Of a DNA stretch of 64,000 nucleotides, positions 9,608 to 19,572 are shown piece after piece (position 1 is the stretch's first letter; every line of letters starts with the position of its first letter). The position numbers and the translations under genes were made by a program. The notes beneath the pieces are model-generated. The model was not told the origin of the DNA, ran no database searches, and saw only the letters and a list, made by a program, of their open reading frames with translations. This stretch comes from Candidatus Eiseniibacteriota bacterium (GTDB lineage: Bacteria; Eisenbacteria; RBG-16-71-46; CAIMUX01; VGJL01). Where the stretch lies: NCBI GenBank assembly GCA_963792585.1, contig CAWBWI010000001.1, positions 160,001-224,000 on the forward strand, in the 5' to 3' direction.

Positions 9608-12600
9608 ATGAAACTTCGAACGTGGATATTCGTGATCGGTGTCCTGCTTGCAACCGCTCTTGCGCCGCAGCCAGCGGATGCGGGAACGGGCCGAATCGCT
9701 GACGGGAAAGTCGATCTCACCGTCATGTTCGCCTACCGGGAATCCGCACCCGATTCCTGGCGGCCCTTGTTCGAAGAAGCCTCGCGCCTGCTCTTCAACG
9801 CGACCGACGGCCAGCTCCAGCTCGGGCGGATTCGTGTCGTCGACAGCGGTCTCGACAAGTGGGACGCCGACGTCTGGATCCTCGACAACCGCTCGGGCGC
9901 GTTCGCGAACGTGCTCGGCCTGGGCGGTCCCGGGCATATCTACATCTCTCAAACCCACAAGAGCGTGACGGAGCCGGCAGTGGGACCGTTCGGGCTCGTC
10001 CACGAGTTCGGGCACTACGGATTCGGGGCCTATGACGAGTACAAGGGCGCGGAGCCGCCCCCCGCCGCCAGGATCGCCGAGCAGACGTTGCTCAACCAGC
10101 CGCACCAGTTCTGCACGCTGGAAGGGGACACCGTCGCCTGCATCATGGATGGGGGTACGACGATCCAGCCGAACAACCGGCGTACGGAGTTCTGCACCTC
10201 GATCCTGGATGGTCTGATGACGCGGCACAACGCGGGGACGGAGGTCGACGGCCAGCTCTTCGTCAACGCGCAGCAGGCCCTCAACGGCGAGAGCTGCTGG
10301 GAGACGATCCGCAGGACCATCGGTCTCATCGAGCCCGAGGGCATCCACACCGAGGATCCTCCCGGACTCGTGCCGATCGACTGGCAAGTCGTTCCGACGG
10401 TCGACCGATTGGTGGTCTGCGTGGATCGTTCCGAGAGCATGTTCCTACGTCCGGAGAGGATCGATCTCGCGAAGCGGGCGGCGAAATCGGTGGTCGGATT
10501 GCTCCACGAGCACAAGACGATCGAGATCGACGGCGCGCCGGTCACGTTCGCGGGCGAGAACCTCTCGATCGTCTCCTTCGGATACGATGATTCGGTGCTC
10601 TTCGGCTTCCGCGAGATCCTCTCGCCCGCGACGAAGGACTCGGCGGACGTGGTGATCGACGCCATCGGTCGAAGCCCCGAGCCCAGTCCCCTCGCGACCG
10701 ACATCGGCGCCGGGCTGCGCACGTCGCTCGAGCAGATCGAGATGCAGGGGGCGGTGCCTGCCGTGAGCGAGGCGATCCTCCTGCTGAGCGACGGATCCCA
10801 GAATACGGGCACCGACCCGCGGGACGTCGTGGACGCTCTCAAGGCGCGGGGCGTTCGGGTATACGCGGTCGGGATCGGCGCGGATGCGGACGAGGGCCTC
10901 TTGCGGGAGGTCGCGGAGGCGACCGGCGGCAAGTACTACGACGCGCGGTCGCAGGAGGACATCGCCACGGTCAGCGAGGCCGTGGCCGCCGAGTTGCGGG
11001 CGGTGGGCACCGTGCAGTCACTCGAAGGACTGCTCAACGGGCAGGACGAGCATTTCCCGATGACGATCGACGCATTCGCCGAAGAGGTCAGTTTCGTCCT
11101 CCAGTGGGATTCGGGTACCTGCGACATGACGCTCACGTCGCCGTCCGGGGACGTGATCGACGTGAACTCGGCCGAATACCGCGAAGATGTGGAGGCCTCG
11201 CTCAACGGGAACCTCCTCTCGCTGCGCGTCACCCATCCCGAGGCGGGGCTGTGGGACGCCACCATCTCCCCGCAGACCCCGGATCCGATCCGGTTCGATC
11301 TCGACGTCTTCGACGACAGCCGCTCGGTCACCGTCAACGTCAGGGCGGAGCAGTCCGACGTCGCCTATCCGTTCCCGACGATCCTGCGGGTGGACGTGGT
11401 GGCGGGGGTGCCGGTCGCCGGGGCGGAGGTCAGCGCGATCGTCGACCGGCCCGGCGGTAGCCCGGTCTCCATCGGCCTGTACGACGACGGGCTTCCGAAT
11501 CATGCCGACACCTTCGCGAACGACGGCGTCTACGGCACCCTCTTCTCCGATTACACGATCGAGGGGGTCTACACATTCCACGTGAAGGCGACGAACGTGA
11601 ATGGGTCCGGCCCGGATCCGGACCTTCCGTTCGTGGAGGATGGACCCGGACCGCCCCCGTCGGTGCCGCCGTTCGAGCGGTTGGCGTCGATCGATGTCAT
11701 AGTTTCCGAGCTCGCCCCGGCGGTCTCCGGGACGCTCGACCTCCACCCGAAGACCCTGAATGGGCGGAACACGAACGGCCGCGCGACGGCCATCATCGAG
11801 CTGTCCGCGCCGCACTCCGTCGAGGAAATCGACCGCTCGACCATCCGGCTCCAGGAGACCGTGGCGCCTCTCTCGAGCCCCATCACCGTCGGGGACCACG
11901 ATTCGAACGGAGTTGCCGACCTGATGGTCAAGTTCAACCGGAGTGACCTGATCCCCGTGTTGCCGGACGGCATGCGCGCGGCCCTTCACCTCACGGGACG
12001 GCTTCTCTCGGGACAGCAGTTCGCAGTCTGGGACACAATCGACGTGGTCCACACCGGCGATTCGGATGACGTGCGCCTGCCGGCGACTCTCGTCGCGACC
12101 GGCGATTCGCAGCGGATCGAGTGGGCACCCGTGCAGGGCGCGCCGATCACGTACAGCGTGTTTCTCTCCCGCGATGGAGGGGCGAATTGGGAGCCCGTCG
12201 CCTCGCACCTCGAGGCGACCTCGATCGATTGGATGGTGTCCGGACCACCAACGACGAACGCGATGCTACTCGTGGAGGCGGGGAGCCCCGAGGGGGTCCT
12301 GGTACAGGAGAAGAGCGCGGTCTTCACGATCGAGTTCGGGGCCGCCTCCGCCGGGGATGTCAAGACCCCGACGGCTTTCCTCGGCGCGAGCCCGAACCCC
12401 CTGACTATGGGCGCCCGGCTCCGCTACTCGCTCGCACATCCATCCGACGTCGATCTCAGCCTCTACGATGTGCAGGGCCGTCTCGTGCGTCGCTTCGTCT
12501 CGGCGAGAGCCGCGGCGGGTGAGCATGCGGTCATCTGGGATGGCGCGGGAGCGGACGGACGCGCGGTCGCGTCCGGAGTCTACCTCTACGTCTTCCGCGC

Positions 12601-12643
12601 CGCGGGCGTCGAGGCGAAGGGGAGGATGATGGTCCTGAGGTAA
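9608..12643 (+). CDS. Secreted CLCA-like protein: zincin metalloprotease + VWA + beta-sheet domains + FlgD-Ig/CTD tail
   Basis: Signal peptide; HEFGHYGFGAYDEY; MIDAS DRSESM and LLSDG; LYDDG...DGVYGTLFSDYTIEGVY; tail PNP...YDVQGRLVR...WDG...SGVY. Confidence 0.8.
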   Translation: MKLRTWIFVIGVLLATALAPQPADAGTGRIADGKVDLTVMFAYRESAPDSWRPLFEEASRLLFNATDGQLQLGRIRVVDSGLDKWDADVWILDNRSGAFANVLGLGGPGHIYISQTHKSVTEPAVGPFGLVHEFGHYGFGAYDEYKGAEPPPAARIAEQTLLNQPHQFCTLEGDTVACIMDGGTTIQPNNRRTEFCTSILDGLMTRHNAGTEVDGQLFVNAQQALNGESCWETIRRTIGLIEPEGIHTEDPPGLVPIDWQVVPTVDRLVVCVDRSESMFLRPERIDLAKRAAKSVVGLLHEHKTIEIDGAPVTFAGENLSIVSFGYDDSVLFGFREILSPATKDSADVVIDAIGRSPEPSPLATDIGAGLRTSLEQIEMQGAVPAVSEAILLLSDGSQNTGTDPRDVVDALKARGVRVYAVGIGADADEGLLREVAEATGGKYYDARSQEDIATVSEAVAAELRAVGTVQSLEGLLNGQDEHFPMTIDAFAEEVSFVLQWDSGTCDMTLTSPSGDVIDVNSAEYREDVEASLNGNLLSLRVTHPEAGLWDATISPQTPDPIRFDLDVFDDSRSVTVNVRAEQSDVAYPFPTILRVDVVAGVPVAGAEVSAIVDRPGGSPVSIGLYDDGLPNHADTFANDGVYGTLFSDYTIEGVYTFHVKATNVNGSGPDPDLPFVEDGPGPPPSVPPFERLASIDVIVSELAPAVSGTLDLHPKTLNGRNTNGRATAIIELSAPHSVEEIDRSTIRLQETVAPLSSPITVGDHDSNGVADLMVKFNRSDLIPVLPDGMRAALHLTGRLLSGQQFAVWDTIDVVHTGDSDDVRLPATLVATGDSQRIEWAPVQGAPITYSVFLSRDGGANWEPVASHLEATSIDWMVSGPPTTNAMLLVEAGSPEGVLVQEKSAVFTIEFGAASAGDVKTPTAFLGASPNPLTMGARLRYSLAHPSDVDLSLYDVQGRLVRRFVSARAAAGEHAVIWDGAGADGRAVASGVYLYVFRAAGVEAKGRMMVLR

Positions 12644-12663
12644 AGCGCCCCTGCGGCCGGGCC

Positions 12664-12693
12664 TTGACAGGATCCGACCCGCTTGGCCATCAT
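12664..12693 (+). promoter_or_regulatory. Putative sigma70 promoter of the riboswitch-metK transcript
   Basis: TTGACA-N18-CATCAT immediately upstream of the SAM-I aptamer. Confidence 0.5.
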
Positions 12694-12697
12694 CCGG

Positions 12698-12812
12698 CTT
12701 GTTATCGAGAGAGGCGCGAGGGTTCTGGCCCGTGGACCGCCCGGCAACCTGGCAAGCCGCCAAGGTGCCAATGCCAGCCCGGGAGCGGGGACGATACGGC
12801 TCGATGAGCAAC
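12698..12812 (+). promoter_or_regulatory. SAM-I (S-box) riboswitch
   Basis: TTATCGAGAG...GAGGG-TTCTGG-CCC...CGGCAACC...GGTGCCAATGCC...GATGAGCAA fits the SAM-I consensus; P1 ttgttatc/gatgagcaa; directly upstream of metK. Confidence 0.92.
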
Positions 12813-12851
12813 CAAAGGCTCGCGAACCCTCAGTCCCATGGGGGTTCGTTC

Positions 12852-13967
12852 ATGTCGATCAAATCCTATCTGTTCACCTCTGAATCCGTCTGCGAAGGCC
12901 ACCCGGACAAGGTCTGCGATCTCATCGCCGACTCGATCCTGGATGCCTACCTCGAGCAGGATCCCCGATCGCGCGTGGCGTGCGAGGTCCTGGTCAAAGG
13001 TGATCTCGTCGTGCTTGCCGGGGAGATCTCCTCGCGCGCGACCGTGGATCGCGCCGCCGTCGCGCGCCGCGCGATCCGTGATGTCGGTTACGTCGATCCC
13101 GCGGAACCGTTCCATGCGGCGGGCGTGCGCATCCTGGAGCATGTCGGAACGCAAGCATCCGAGATCTCGGACGGAGTGGGCGGTCTCGCGGATCCGGGCC
13201 ACGAGCAGGGCGCCGGCGACCAGGGGCTGATGTTCGGTTACGCGACCGATGAGACTCCCGAGCTGATGCCGCTGCCCGTCTCCCTCGCCCACCGTCTCGC
13301 GCGCCGTCTCGCGGACGACCGCAAGAAGGGCCGGCCCGGCTGGCTCCGTCCCGACGGGAAGACGCAGGTCACCGTCCGCTACGAGGATGGGACGCCGAAG
13401 GAGGTCACCAGCATCCTTGTCTCCGCGCAGCATGCCCCCGAGGTTCGCCAGGACGAGATTCGCAAATACGTCGAAAGGCGCCTCGTGCCCGAAGTGATCG
13501 GCCGTTGGAAGGCGAAGCGCGCGACGATCATCGTCAACCCGGCCGGGAGCTTCGAGGAGGGAGGCCCCTCGGCCGACGCGGGCGTGACCGGGCGCAAGAT
13601 CATCGTCGACACCTACGGAGGCATGGCCCGTCACGGCGGCGGCGCCTTCAGCGGGAAGGACCCTTCGAAGGTGGACCGGAGCGCCGCCTACTTCTGTCGC
13701 TTCGCCGCCCGCGAGGTCGTCAAGAAGGGACTCGCGCATCGGGCCGAGATCCAGGTCGCATACGCGATCGGGATGGCCAAGCCGATGTCGATCAAGGTCG
13801 ACACCTTCGGTACGGGGGACGACTCCGCCGCCGAGGATTTCGTGATGCGGAAATTCGACTTCCGGCCGGCGAAGATCATCGACCGCCTCGGCCTGCTGCG
13901 GCCGATCTATCGACAGACCACGAATTACGGGCACTTCGGCCGGCCCGGGCTGCCGTGGGAGGAGTGA
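12852..13967 (+). CDS. metK: S-adenosylmethionine synthetase
   Basis: FTSESVCEGHPDK, GAGDQG, GRKIIVDTYGG, GGGAFSGKDPSKVDRS. Confidence 0.97.
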   Translation: MSIKSYLFTSESVCEGHPDKVCDLIADSILDAYLEQDPRSRVACEVLVKGDLVVLAGEISSRATVDRAAVARRAIRDVGYVDPAEPFHAAGVRILEHVGTQASEISDGVGGLADPGHEQGAGDQGLMFGYATDETPELMPLPVSLAHRLARRLADDRKKGRPGWLRPDGKTQVTVRYEDGTPKEVTSILVSAQHAPEVRQDEIRKYVERRLVPEVIGRWKAKRATIIVNPAGSFEEGGPSADAGVTGRKIIVDTYGGMARHGGGAFSGKDPSKVDRSAAYFCRFAAREVVKKGLAHRAEIQVAYAIGMAKPMSIKVDTFGTGDDSAAEDFVMRKFDFRPAKIIDRLGLLRPIYRQTTNYGHFGRPGLPWEE

Positions 13968-15027
13968 GCGCCGGCGTCACGACGATCGGAATCGGCAGCG
14001 AGGTCAGGTGGACGTGCCCTTCGTGCCACGCGTTGAGCGTGATCGTCGTCGATCCCGCCTTCAAACCGTGGATGTGAAACGACCATTTCGTCCCGGTCTC
14101 CAGGTTCGCTTCGGCCACCGTAGGATCAGCGACCTCCCATGTGAGGTGATTGACGGGACAGGTGTCCGCCACCGCGAACGCCGTGCTGTCCTCGCGCAGG
14201 AAAAGGAGATGGATCGGGTCCGTCTCCCCGCCGGCGCGCAATTCGATTCCACCCCGCACGGTGCCGTCCCACTCCGTGGCGATCGCCGTTGCATTCTCTT
14301 CCAGGAATAGCCCGGCGGCATCGATGTGACCGCAGTTGCCCGGACTCGGCTCCTCGTCCGTCGACCAGAAGATCAGGCCGACCTGGTCCTGCCCATCGAC
14401 GTGCACGATCGCCCAGTATGCGCCGGTCTCGGCGGCGTGCCCGTCCTGATCGGTTCCGGGCCAGTGGATGTGGTAGTAGATCGGGGGGAGCTCCTGCGAG
14501 TAGGTCCAGATGAGATCCCCGTCCGTGTGATAGATCTCCACCGTCACCGTCTGCTGCGCGTGGGCGGTGAACTCGAGGCCGATGCCCTCAGCCGGCGCCG
14601 GGTTGGGATACGCGGCCAGGTCTCCGGAGGGCCCGAGCACCAAGGTGTCCGCGAGGACGACGTCCCGGTCGTCGAGGGTCGTCTCGGGGAGGGAGACTTC
14701 ACGCGAAGCGCCGATCGGCGAACTCACCCGGTAGGTTCCGGGCGCCAGATCGGTGAAGGCGAAGGCACCTTCGTGGGTGTGGGTCGAGTCCCGCATGTCG
14801 CCGGGTCCGGTCAAGACGACCGGAATCTCATCGGCGTCGTCGATCTTCTCGATCCCGAGGAGGTTGTTCGTCGCGTCCGTGAGGCGACCTTCCAGCCGCA
14901 CCCTGCCCGAAAGCGTGAGGCGGTCCGGTTCAGGATTCGGTTTCGTGCCCTCGTCGGCGCAGCCGGCCGCGACGGCGACAAAGATGGCCAGACCGATATA
15001 TGCACTTATCGAGAGACGTTTTCTCAC
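13876..15027 (-). CDS. Lipoprotein with internal FlgD-Ig-like domain and His-containing C-terminal Ig-like domain
   Basis: GTG start after GGAGG; lipobox VAAGC; YPNP...EIYHTDGDLI...HWPGTDQDG...GAY; WHEGHVH. 3' end overlaps metK by 92 nt. Confidence 0.75.
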   Translation of the reverse strand: MRKRLSISAYIGLAIFVAVAAGCADEGTKPNPEPDRLTLSGRVRLEGRLTDATNNLLGIEKIDDADEIPVVLTGPGDMRDSTHTHEGAFAFTDLAPGTYRVSSPIGASREVSLPETTLDDRDVVLADTLVLGPSGDLAAYPNPAPAEGIGLEFTAHAQQTVTVEIYHTDGDLIWTYSQELPPIYYHIHWPGTDQDGHAAETGAYWAIVHVDGQDQVGLIFWSTDEEPSPGNCGHIDAAGLFLEENATAIATEWDGTVRGGIELRAGGETDPIHLLFLREDSTAFAVADTCPVNHLTWEVADPTVAEANLETGTKWSFHIHGLKAGSTTITLNAWHEGHVHLTSLPIPIVVTPALTPPTAARAGRSARNSWSVDRSAAAGRGGR

Positions 15028-15080
15028 GAGATTCTTCCTCCATCCGTATGACGTCGCCGGCAGCCTTCTCCTGATACGTC

Positions 15081-15106
15081 GAAGGCCCCCGAGAACGGGG
15101 GCCTTC
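15081..15106. terminator. GC-rich hairpin, probable terminator or stabiliser after the S9 peptidase gene
   Basis: GAAGGCCCCCG-AGAA-CGGGGGCCTTC perfect 11-bp stem; no U-tract. Confidence 0.5.
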
Positions 15107-15133
15107 GCGAACGCCATCCGGACTCGGCTCGCG

Positions 15134-17039
15134 CTACTTCGCGGCCGTCTCGACGCGCCCGCCGAGGTGCTTGCCGAGGAACGCCTCCATCGCCCGATAG
15201 AAGTCGAAACGATTCTCCTCGAGCATGAAACCGTGCCCTTCGTTGTCTTTCACGATGTACGGAACGTCGATCCCGCGCGCCTTCAAGGCGTCCACGATCT
15301 GGTCCGATTCGGCCTTGTTGACCCGTGGATCGTTCGCTCCCTGCGCCACCAGCAGCGGCGCCTTGATCTTGTCGGCATGGAAGAAGGGTGAGGCGGCGGT
15401 CATCAGATCCTTGTCCTTCTCCGGATCACCGACCATCTCGTACATCATCTTGCGTCCCAGCTCCCAGTAGGGGGGGAAGGTGTTCATGAAGGTGAAGAGG
15501 TTCGAGACACCGACGTAGTCGACGCCGCAGGCGTACAGATCCGGCGTGAACGTCAGGCCCGCCAGGGTCGCATAGCCGCCGTAGGAGCCGCCGTAGATCG
15601 CGACCCGCTTCGGGTCGGCGATCCCTTCCTTGATCAACCACTGCACGCCGTCGGTGATGTCGTCCTGCATCGTCTTGCCCCACTGCTTGAACGAAGCCTC
15701 CCAGAACGCCTTTCCGTAGCCCGTCGAGCCGCGGAAGTTCATCTGCAGGACCGCGTATCCGCGGTTGGCGAGGAACTGGACTTCGGGATTGAAGCCCCAG
15801 CGGTCGCGGTACCACGGTCCGCCGTGGGGATTGACGACGACGGGGAGGTTCTTCGGCTCCACGCCGATGGGCAGCGTCAGGTAGCCGTGGATCGTCAGAC
15901 CGTCGCGCGACGTGTACTGGACCGGCTTCATGGGGGCCATGTTGGCCTCCTCGATCCACGGACTGATATCGACCAGCTTGGTCAGCTTGTCGGTCGCGCG
16001 GTCATAGAAATAGTACGTTCCCTGGCTCCGGTCGGTATAGGTCACCACCAGGGTCTTCGTCTCGTCCTTGCTCATCCCCGCGACGGCGACCTCGACGCCC
16101 GGGAGCAACTGCTCGAGCCTTTCCTGAAGGCCCCGTCGCTGATCGTCGAAGAACTGGTAGTGCATCTTGTCGGTCAGGTACGCGACGCCGGTCACGACCT
16201 TGCGTAGCTTCGAACGGAGGACTCGGTCGACGTCGACCTCGGGGTGCTCGTAGATCAGGTCGAGGAACTTGCCGTTCTCGACGTCGTACCGGAAGATCGC
16301 CGACTTGTCGCGGTCGATGTTCGATGAAGACGTAGAGCTGCGTGTCGTCGAACGTGAAGTAGAGCGGGGCGATCTGCTCCTTGAAGCTCGTCGTCACGAT
16401 CGTCCGGAAGCTGTCGGCCTCGGTCTTTCGATAGAGGAGGCTCGTGTTGACGCCGTCCGACGTCGTCGCGACGCGCAGGAGGCCCGCATTGTCGGTCGTC
16501 CATCCGGCGATGTTGCCCGGATTCTCCGCAATCTGGATCATCTCCCCCGTGTTGACGTTGATTCGGTAGACGTCGAAGAGCTGCGGGTTTCGCTTGTTCA
16601 TCGAGATCAACATCTCGGTCGGGTTGTCCTCGAGAATGTCGACGATCTCGACGCGCACCTTCTCGAACGGGGTCAGGTCCTTTGGGTTCGTGCCATCGAT
16701 ATTGACCGCGTAGAGGCGATAGTTCTCGTCTCCACCCTTATCCAGGATGTAGATGATCCGCTCGTTTCCCTTCCAGGCGTAGCCGGCGACGTCCCGGGCC
16801 GTCGCCTCGGTGACACGGGTTGCGGTCTCCTCGCCGATCTTCTGGACGTGCACGTTCAGCCGGCTTTGCCAGGGCTGGAGGAACGCCAGGTAAGCGCCGT
16901 TGGGGGAGAGCTGGAAGTAGACCTTCTCCGGGTTGCGGAAGAAGTCCTTCATCGGGATGAGCGGAGCTTCCTTCGCCCAGGCGAACGAGGCCGCGCAGAG
17001 GGCGGCCAGGACGATCAACGGAGTCATCTTGTGCGGCAT
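15134..17039 (-). pseudogene. S9 family (dipeptidyl/acylaminoacyl) peptidase split by a single-base insertion near 16328
   Basis: N-half (signal peptide, beta-propeller) and C-half (PHGGP, GGSYGG, QGANDPRV, EGHGF) are in different frames. Removing one T restores QLYV-SSNIDRDKSAIFRY. May be a sequencing error. Confidence 0.85.
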
Positions 17040-17076
17040 GGAACAGGACCTCCTGATGGGTGATGTCCGGAAGCGC

Positions 17077-17640
17077 TCAAGCGCGCTCCATGTACTTTCC
17101 GGTAGCCGTGTCGATCCGGATCTTCTCACCCTGCTTGATGAAGGGGGGGACGAGAAGCTCGTAACCGGTTTCCAATTTGGCGGGCTTCATGACCGGACCG
17201 GCGGAATCCCCCCGCGCCGCATCGTAGGCCTCGACGACCTCCAGAACGACCGTTGGGGGGAAGGCGATGTCGACGATCGAGTCGTCGTCTTCACGAACCA
17301 GCGACTCCATCGTCATGTTCTCGACGAGGTAGGGGATGTAATCCGAGATCAACTCGCGGGCGACGGTGAACTGGTCGTAGTTCTCATTGTCCATGAAATG
17401 GAACTCGTCACCGGCCGCGTATAGGTACTGGATCGACTTGCGGGTCATGCGGACCATCTCGATGCTCTCGCCCGAGTTCCAGGTCTCGTCGATCACACGA
17501 CCTGTCTTCAGGTTCTTCAGCTTGGTGCGGACGAACGCCCCACCCTTGCCAGGCTTGACATGCTGGAATTCGACGACCTTGTACAGGTCGCCCTTGTGCT
17601 CGATCACGAGCCCGTTGCGGATATCGGCCGTCGTCGCCAC
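17077..17640 (-). CDS. efp: Translation elongation factor P
   Basis: HVKPGKGGAFVRTKLKNL, KPAKLETG, VPPFIKQGEKIRIDT. GTG start 6 nt after GGAGG gives MATTADIRNG. Confidence 0.97.
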   Translation of the reverse strand: MATTADIRNGLVIEHKGDLYKVVEFQHVKPGKGGAFVRTKLKNLKTGRVIDETWNSGESIEMVRMTRKSIQYLYAAGDEFHFMDNENYDQFTVARELISDYIPYLVENMTMESLVREDDDSIVDIAFPPTVVLEVVEAYDAARGDSAGPVMKPAKLETGYELLVPPFIKQGEKIRIDTATGKYMERA

Positions 17641-17660
17641 CGTCATCCTCCATTCGATGT

Positions 17661-17721
17661 ATTGGGTCGATCCATTTGGTCGATCCGCATTGGTCGATCC
17701 GTGTTGGTCGAACCGTATTGG
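17661..17721. repeat. Four tandem 13-14 nt repeats (TTGGTCGATCC) in the efp leader
   Basis: attgggtcgatcc / atttggtcgatcc / gcattggtcgatcc / gtgttggtcgaacc / gtattgg. Confidence 0.8.
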
Positions 17722-17830
17722 GGAGTCGCTCCCATCGGGGTGTCAGGATCCATACTTCCAGGCGGGGCCGGATGTGTCAACGTCCCCCCCGGGCCTGATA
17801 CAGTGCCCTCGCCGAAGGGAGGACGCCGAC

Positions 17831-19483
17831 ATGGACGAGCGGGACGAAGCGGGCGGGATCAGTCGGAGGGGCTTTCTGCATAGGGGGGCCCTGGCCGCGG
17901 CCGGGTCGGCGATCCTCGGATCGACACGCTCGGGCGCCTCGGCCGCGCCCCATGCGGATCTGGAGGAGGCCTCGATCACCGATCTGCAGAAGGCGATGGA
18001 AGATGGCCGTTTCAGCGCGGAGGAACTCGTCGGCCGGTACCTTGAGAGGATCGAGGCGCTCAACGAAGCCGGCCCGCGCCTGCGCGCTGTCATCGAATCG
18101 AACCCTGACGCGCCGGCGATCGCCCGGAGCCTCGATGCGGAGCGCAAGGCAAAAGGGCCGCGCGGACCGCTTCACGGGATCCCGATTCTCCTGAAGGACA
18201 ACATCGACACGAAGGATCGGATGCGGACCGCCGCCGGATCCCTGGCGCTGCTCGGGACCCGCGCCGCGCAGGATGCCACCGTGGCGAGAAGGCTGCGGGA
18301 GGCGGGGGCGGTCCTCCTGGGCAAGGCGAACCTGAGCGAATGGGCGAACATTCGATCCAGCCGCTCGATCAGCGGCTGGTCCGGCCGGGGCGGGCAATGC
18401 CGCAACCCGTACGTGATCACATACAACCCGTGTGGATCGAGTTCCGGTTCGGCCGTCGCGGTCTCCGCGAACCTATGCGCGGCGGCCCTCGGCACCGAGA
18501 CGGACGGCTCGATCGTCTGTCCGTCGCACATCAACGGAGTCGTCGGGATCAAGCCGACTCTGGGGCTCACGAGCCGCGCCGGCGTCATCCCGCTGTCCCA
18601 CAGCCAGGATACGGTCGGACCGCATGGACGCACCGTTCGCGACGCGGCGATCCTCCTGGGGGCGATCGCGGGAGTCGATGGACGAGATCCCGCCACCTCC
18701 GCAGGGGAGGGGAAGTTTCTTGCCGACTACACCCGTTTCCTGAATCCGGAAGGGCTGAACGGTGCGCGGATCGGGGTTTTGCGCAAGGGACTCACCGGCT
18801 ACTCCAACCATGCGGACCGGGTCTTCGCGATCGCGATCGCGACAATTCGGCATGCGGGCGCGACGATCATCGATCCCGCGGACATCCCGACCATCGACGA
18901 GATCAACGCGGGCACCTCGGAGATGACGGTCCTTCTCTACGATTTCAAGGAGGACCTGAACGCTTACCTGGCGACTCGCGTTCCCGATCCATCGGGCGGC
19001 GTCACACCCGTGGTGCGAACCCTGGAGGAGGTGATCGCCTTCAACCAAGCGCATGAGGCGCAAGAGATGCCCTACTTCGGTCAAGAGCTGTTCCTGGAAG
19101 CCCAGTCGAAGGGGCCGCTCACCGATGCGGTCTACCTCGAGTCGCTCGAGAAGAACCGGCGCATCTCGCGTCAGGAGGGGATCGACAAGGTGATCGACAC
19201 CCTCGAACTGGACGCCCTCATCGCACCCACCGGGAATCCGGCCTGGCCGATCGATATCGTCAACGGGGATCATTTCCTCGGGGCGAGTTCCACGCCGGCC
19301 GCGCTGGCCGGGTATCCGCTCATCACCGTTCCGGCAGGCGTAGCGTTCGGGCTCCCGGTGGGGCTCACGTTCATGGGCAAGGCGTTCTCCGAGCCGACCC
19401 TCGTGCGGCTCGCGTACGCTTTCGAGCAGATCACCCATGCCAGGCGTGTCCCGAGGTTTCTCGAGTCGGTCGGCGTCGAGTAG
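17831..19483 (+). CDS. Amidase (amidase signature family) with Tat signal peptide
   Basis: SRRGFLH Tat motif; GIPILLKDNI, GSSSGS, GTETDGSI. Confidence 0.92.
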   Translation: MDERDEAGGISRRGFLHRGALAAAGSAILGSTRSGASAAPHADLEEASITDLQKAMEDGRFSAEELVGRYLERIEALNEAGPRLRAVIESNPDAPAIARSLDAERKAKGPRGPLHGIPILLKDNIDTKDRMRTAAGSLALLGTRAAQDATVARRLREAGAVLLGKANLSEWANIRSSRSISGWSGRGGQCRNPYVITYNPCGSSSGSAVAVSANLCAAALGTETDGSIVCPSHINGVVGIKPTLGLTSRAGVIPLSHSQDTVGPHGRTVRDAAILLGAIAGVDGRDPATSAGEGKFLADYTRFLNPEGLNGARIGVLRKGLTGYSNHADRVFAIAIATIRHAGATIIDPADIPTIDEINAGTSEMTVLLYDFKEDLNAYLATRVPDPSGGVTPVVRTLEEVIAFNQAHEAQEMPYFGQELFLEAQSKGPLTDAVYLESLEKNRRISRQEGIDKVIDTLELDALIAPTGNPAWPIDIVNGDHFLGASSTPAALAGYPLITVPAGVAFGLPVGLTFMGKAFSEPTLVRLAYAFEQITHARRVPRFLESVGVE

Positions 19484-19572
19484 GCGGGCGTTGGTCGGGA
19501 CGGTCCATGCTATGCTGCCATGTCGGACCGGATGTGTGGTGGGGGACCTGACCACGGAGAAAGGTGCGCGCC

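Noticed and set aside
15006..15016. Second TTATCGAGAGA resembling a SAM-I start
   Set aside because: Lies antisense within a CDS and the rest of the aptamer is absent.
17661..17721. Repeats as a CRISPR array
   Set aside because: Units are 13-14 nt with no spacers and there are no cas genes; no CRISPR array was seen in the window.
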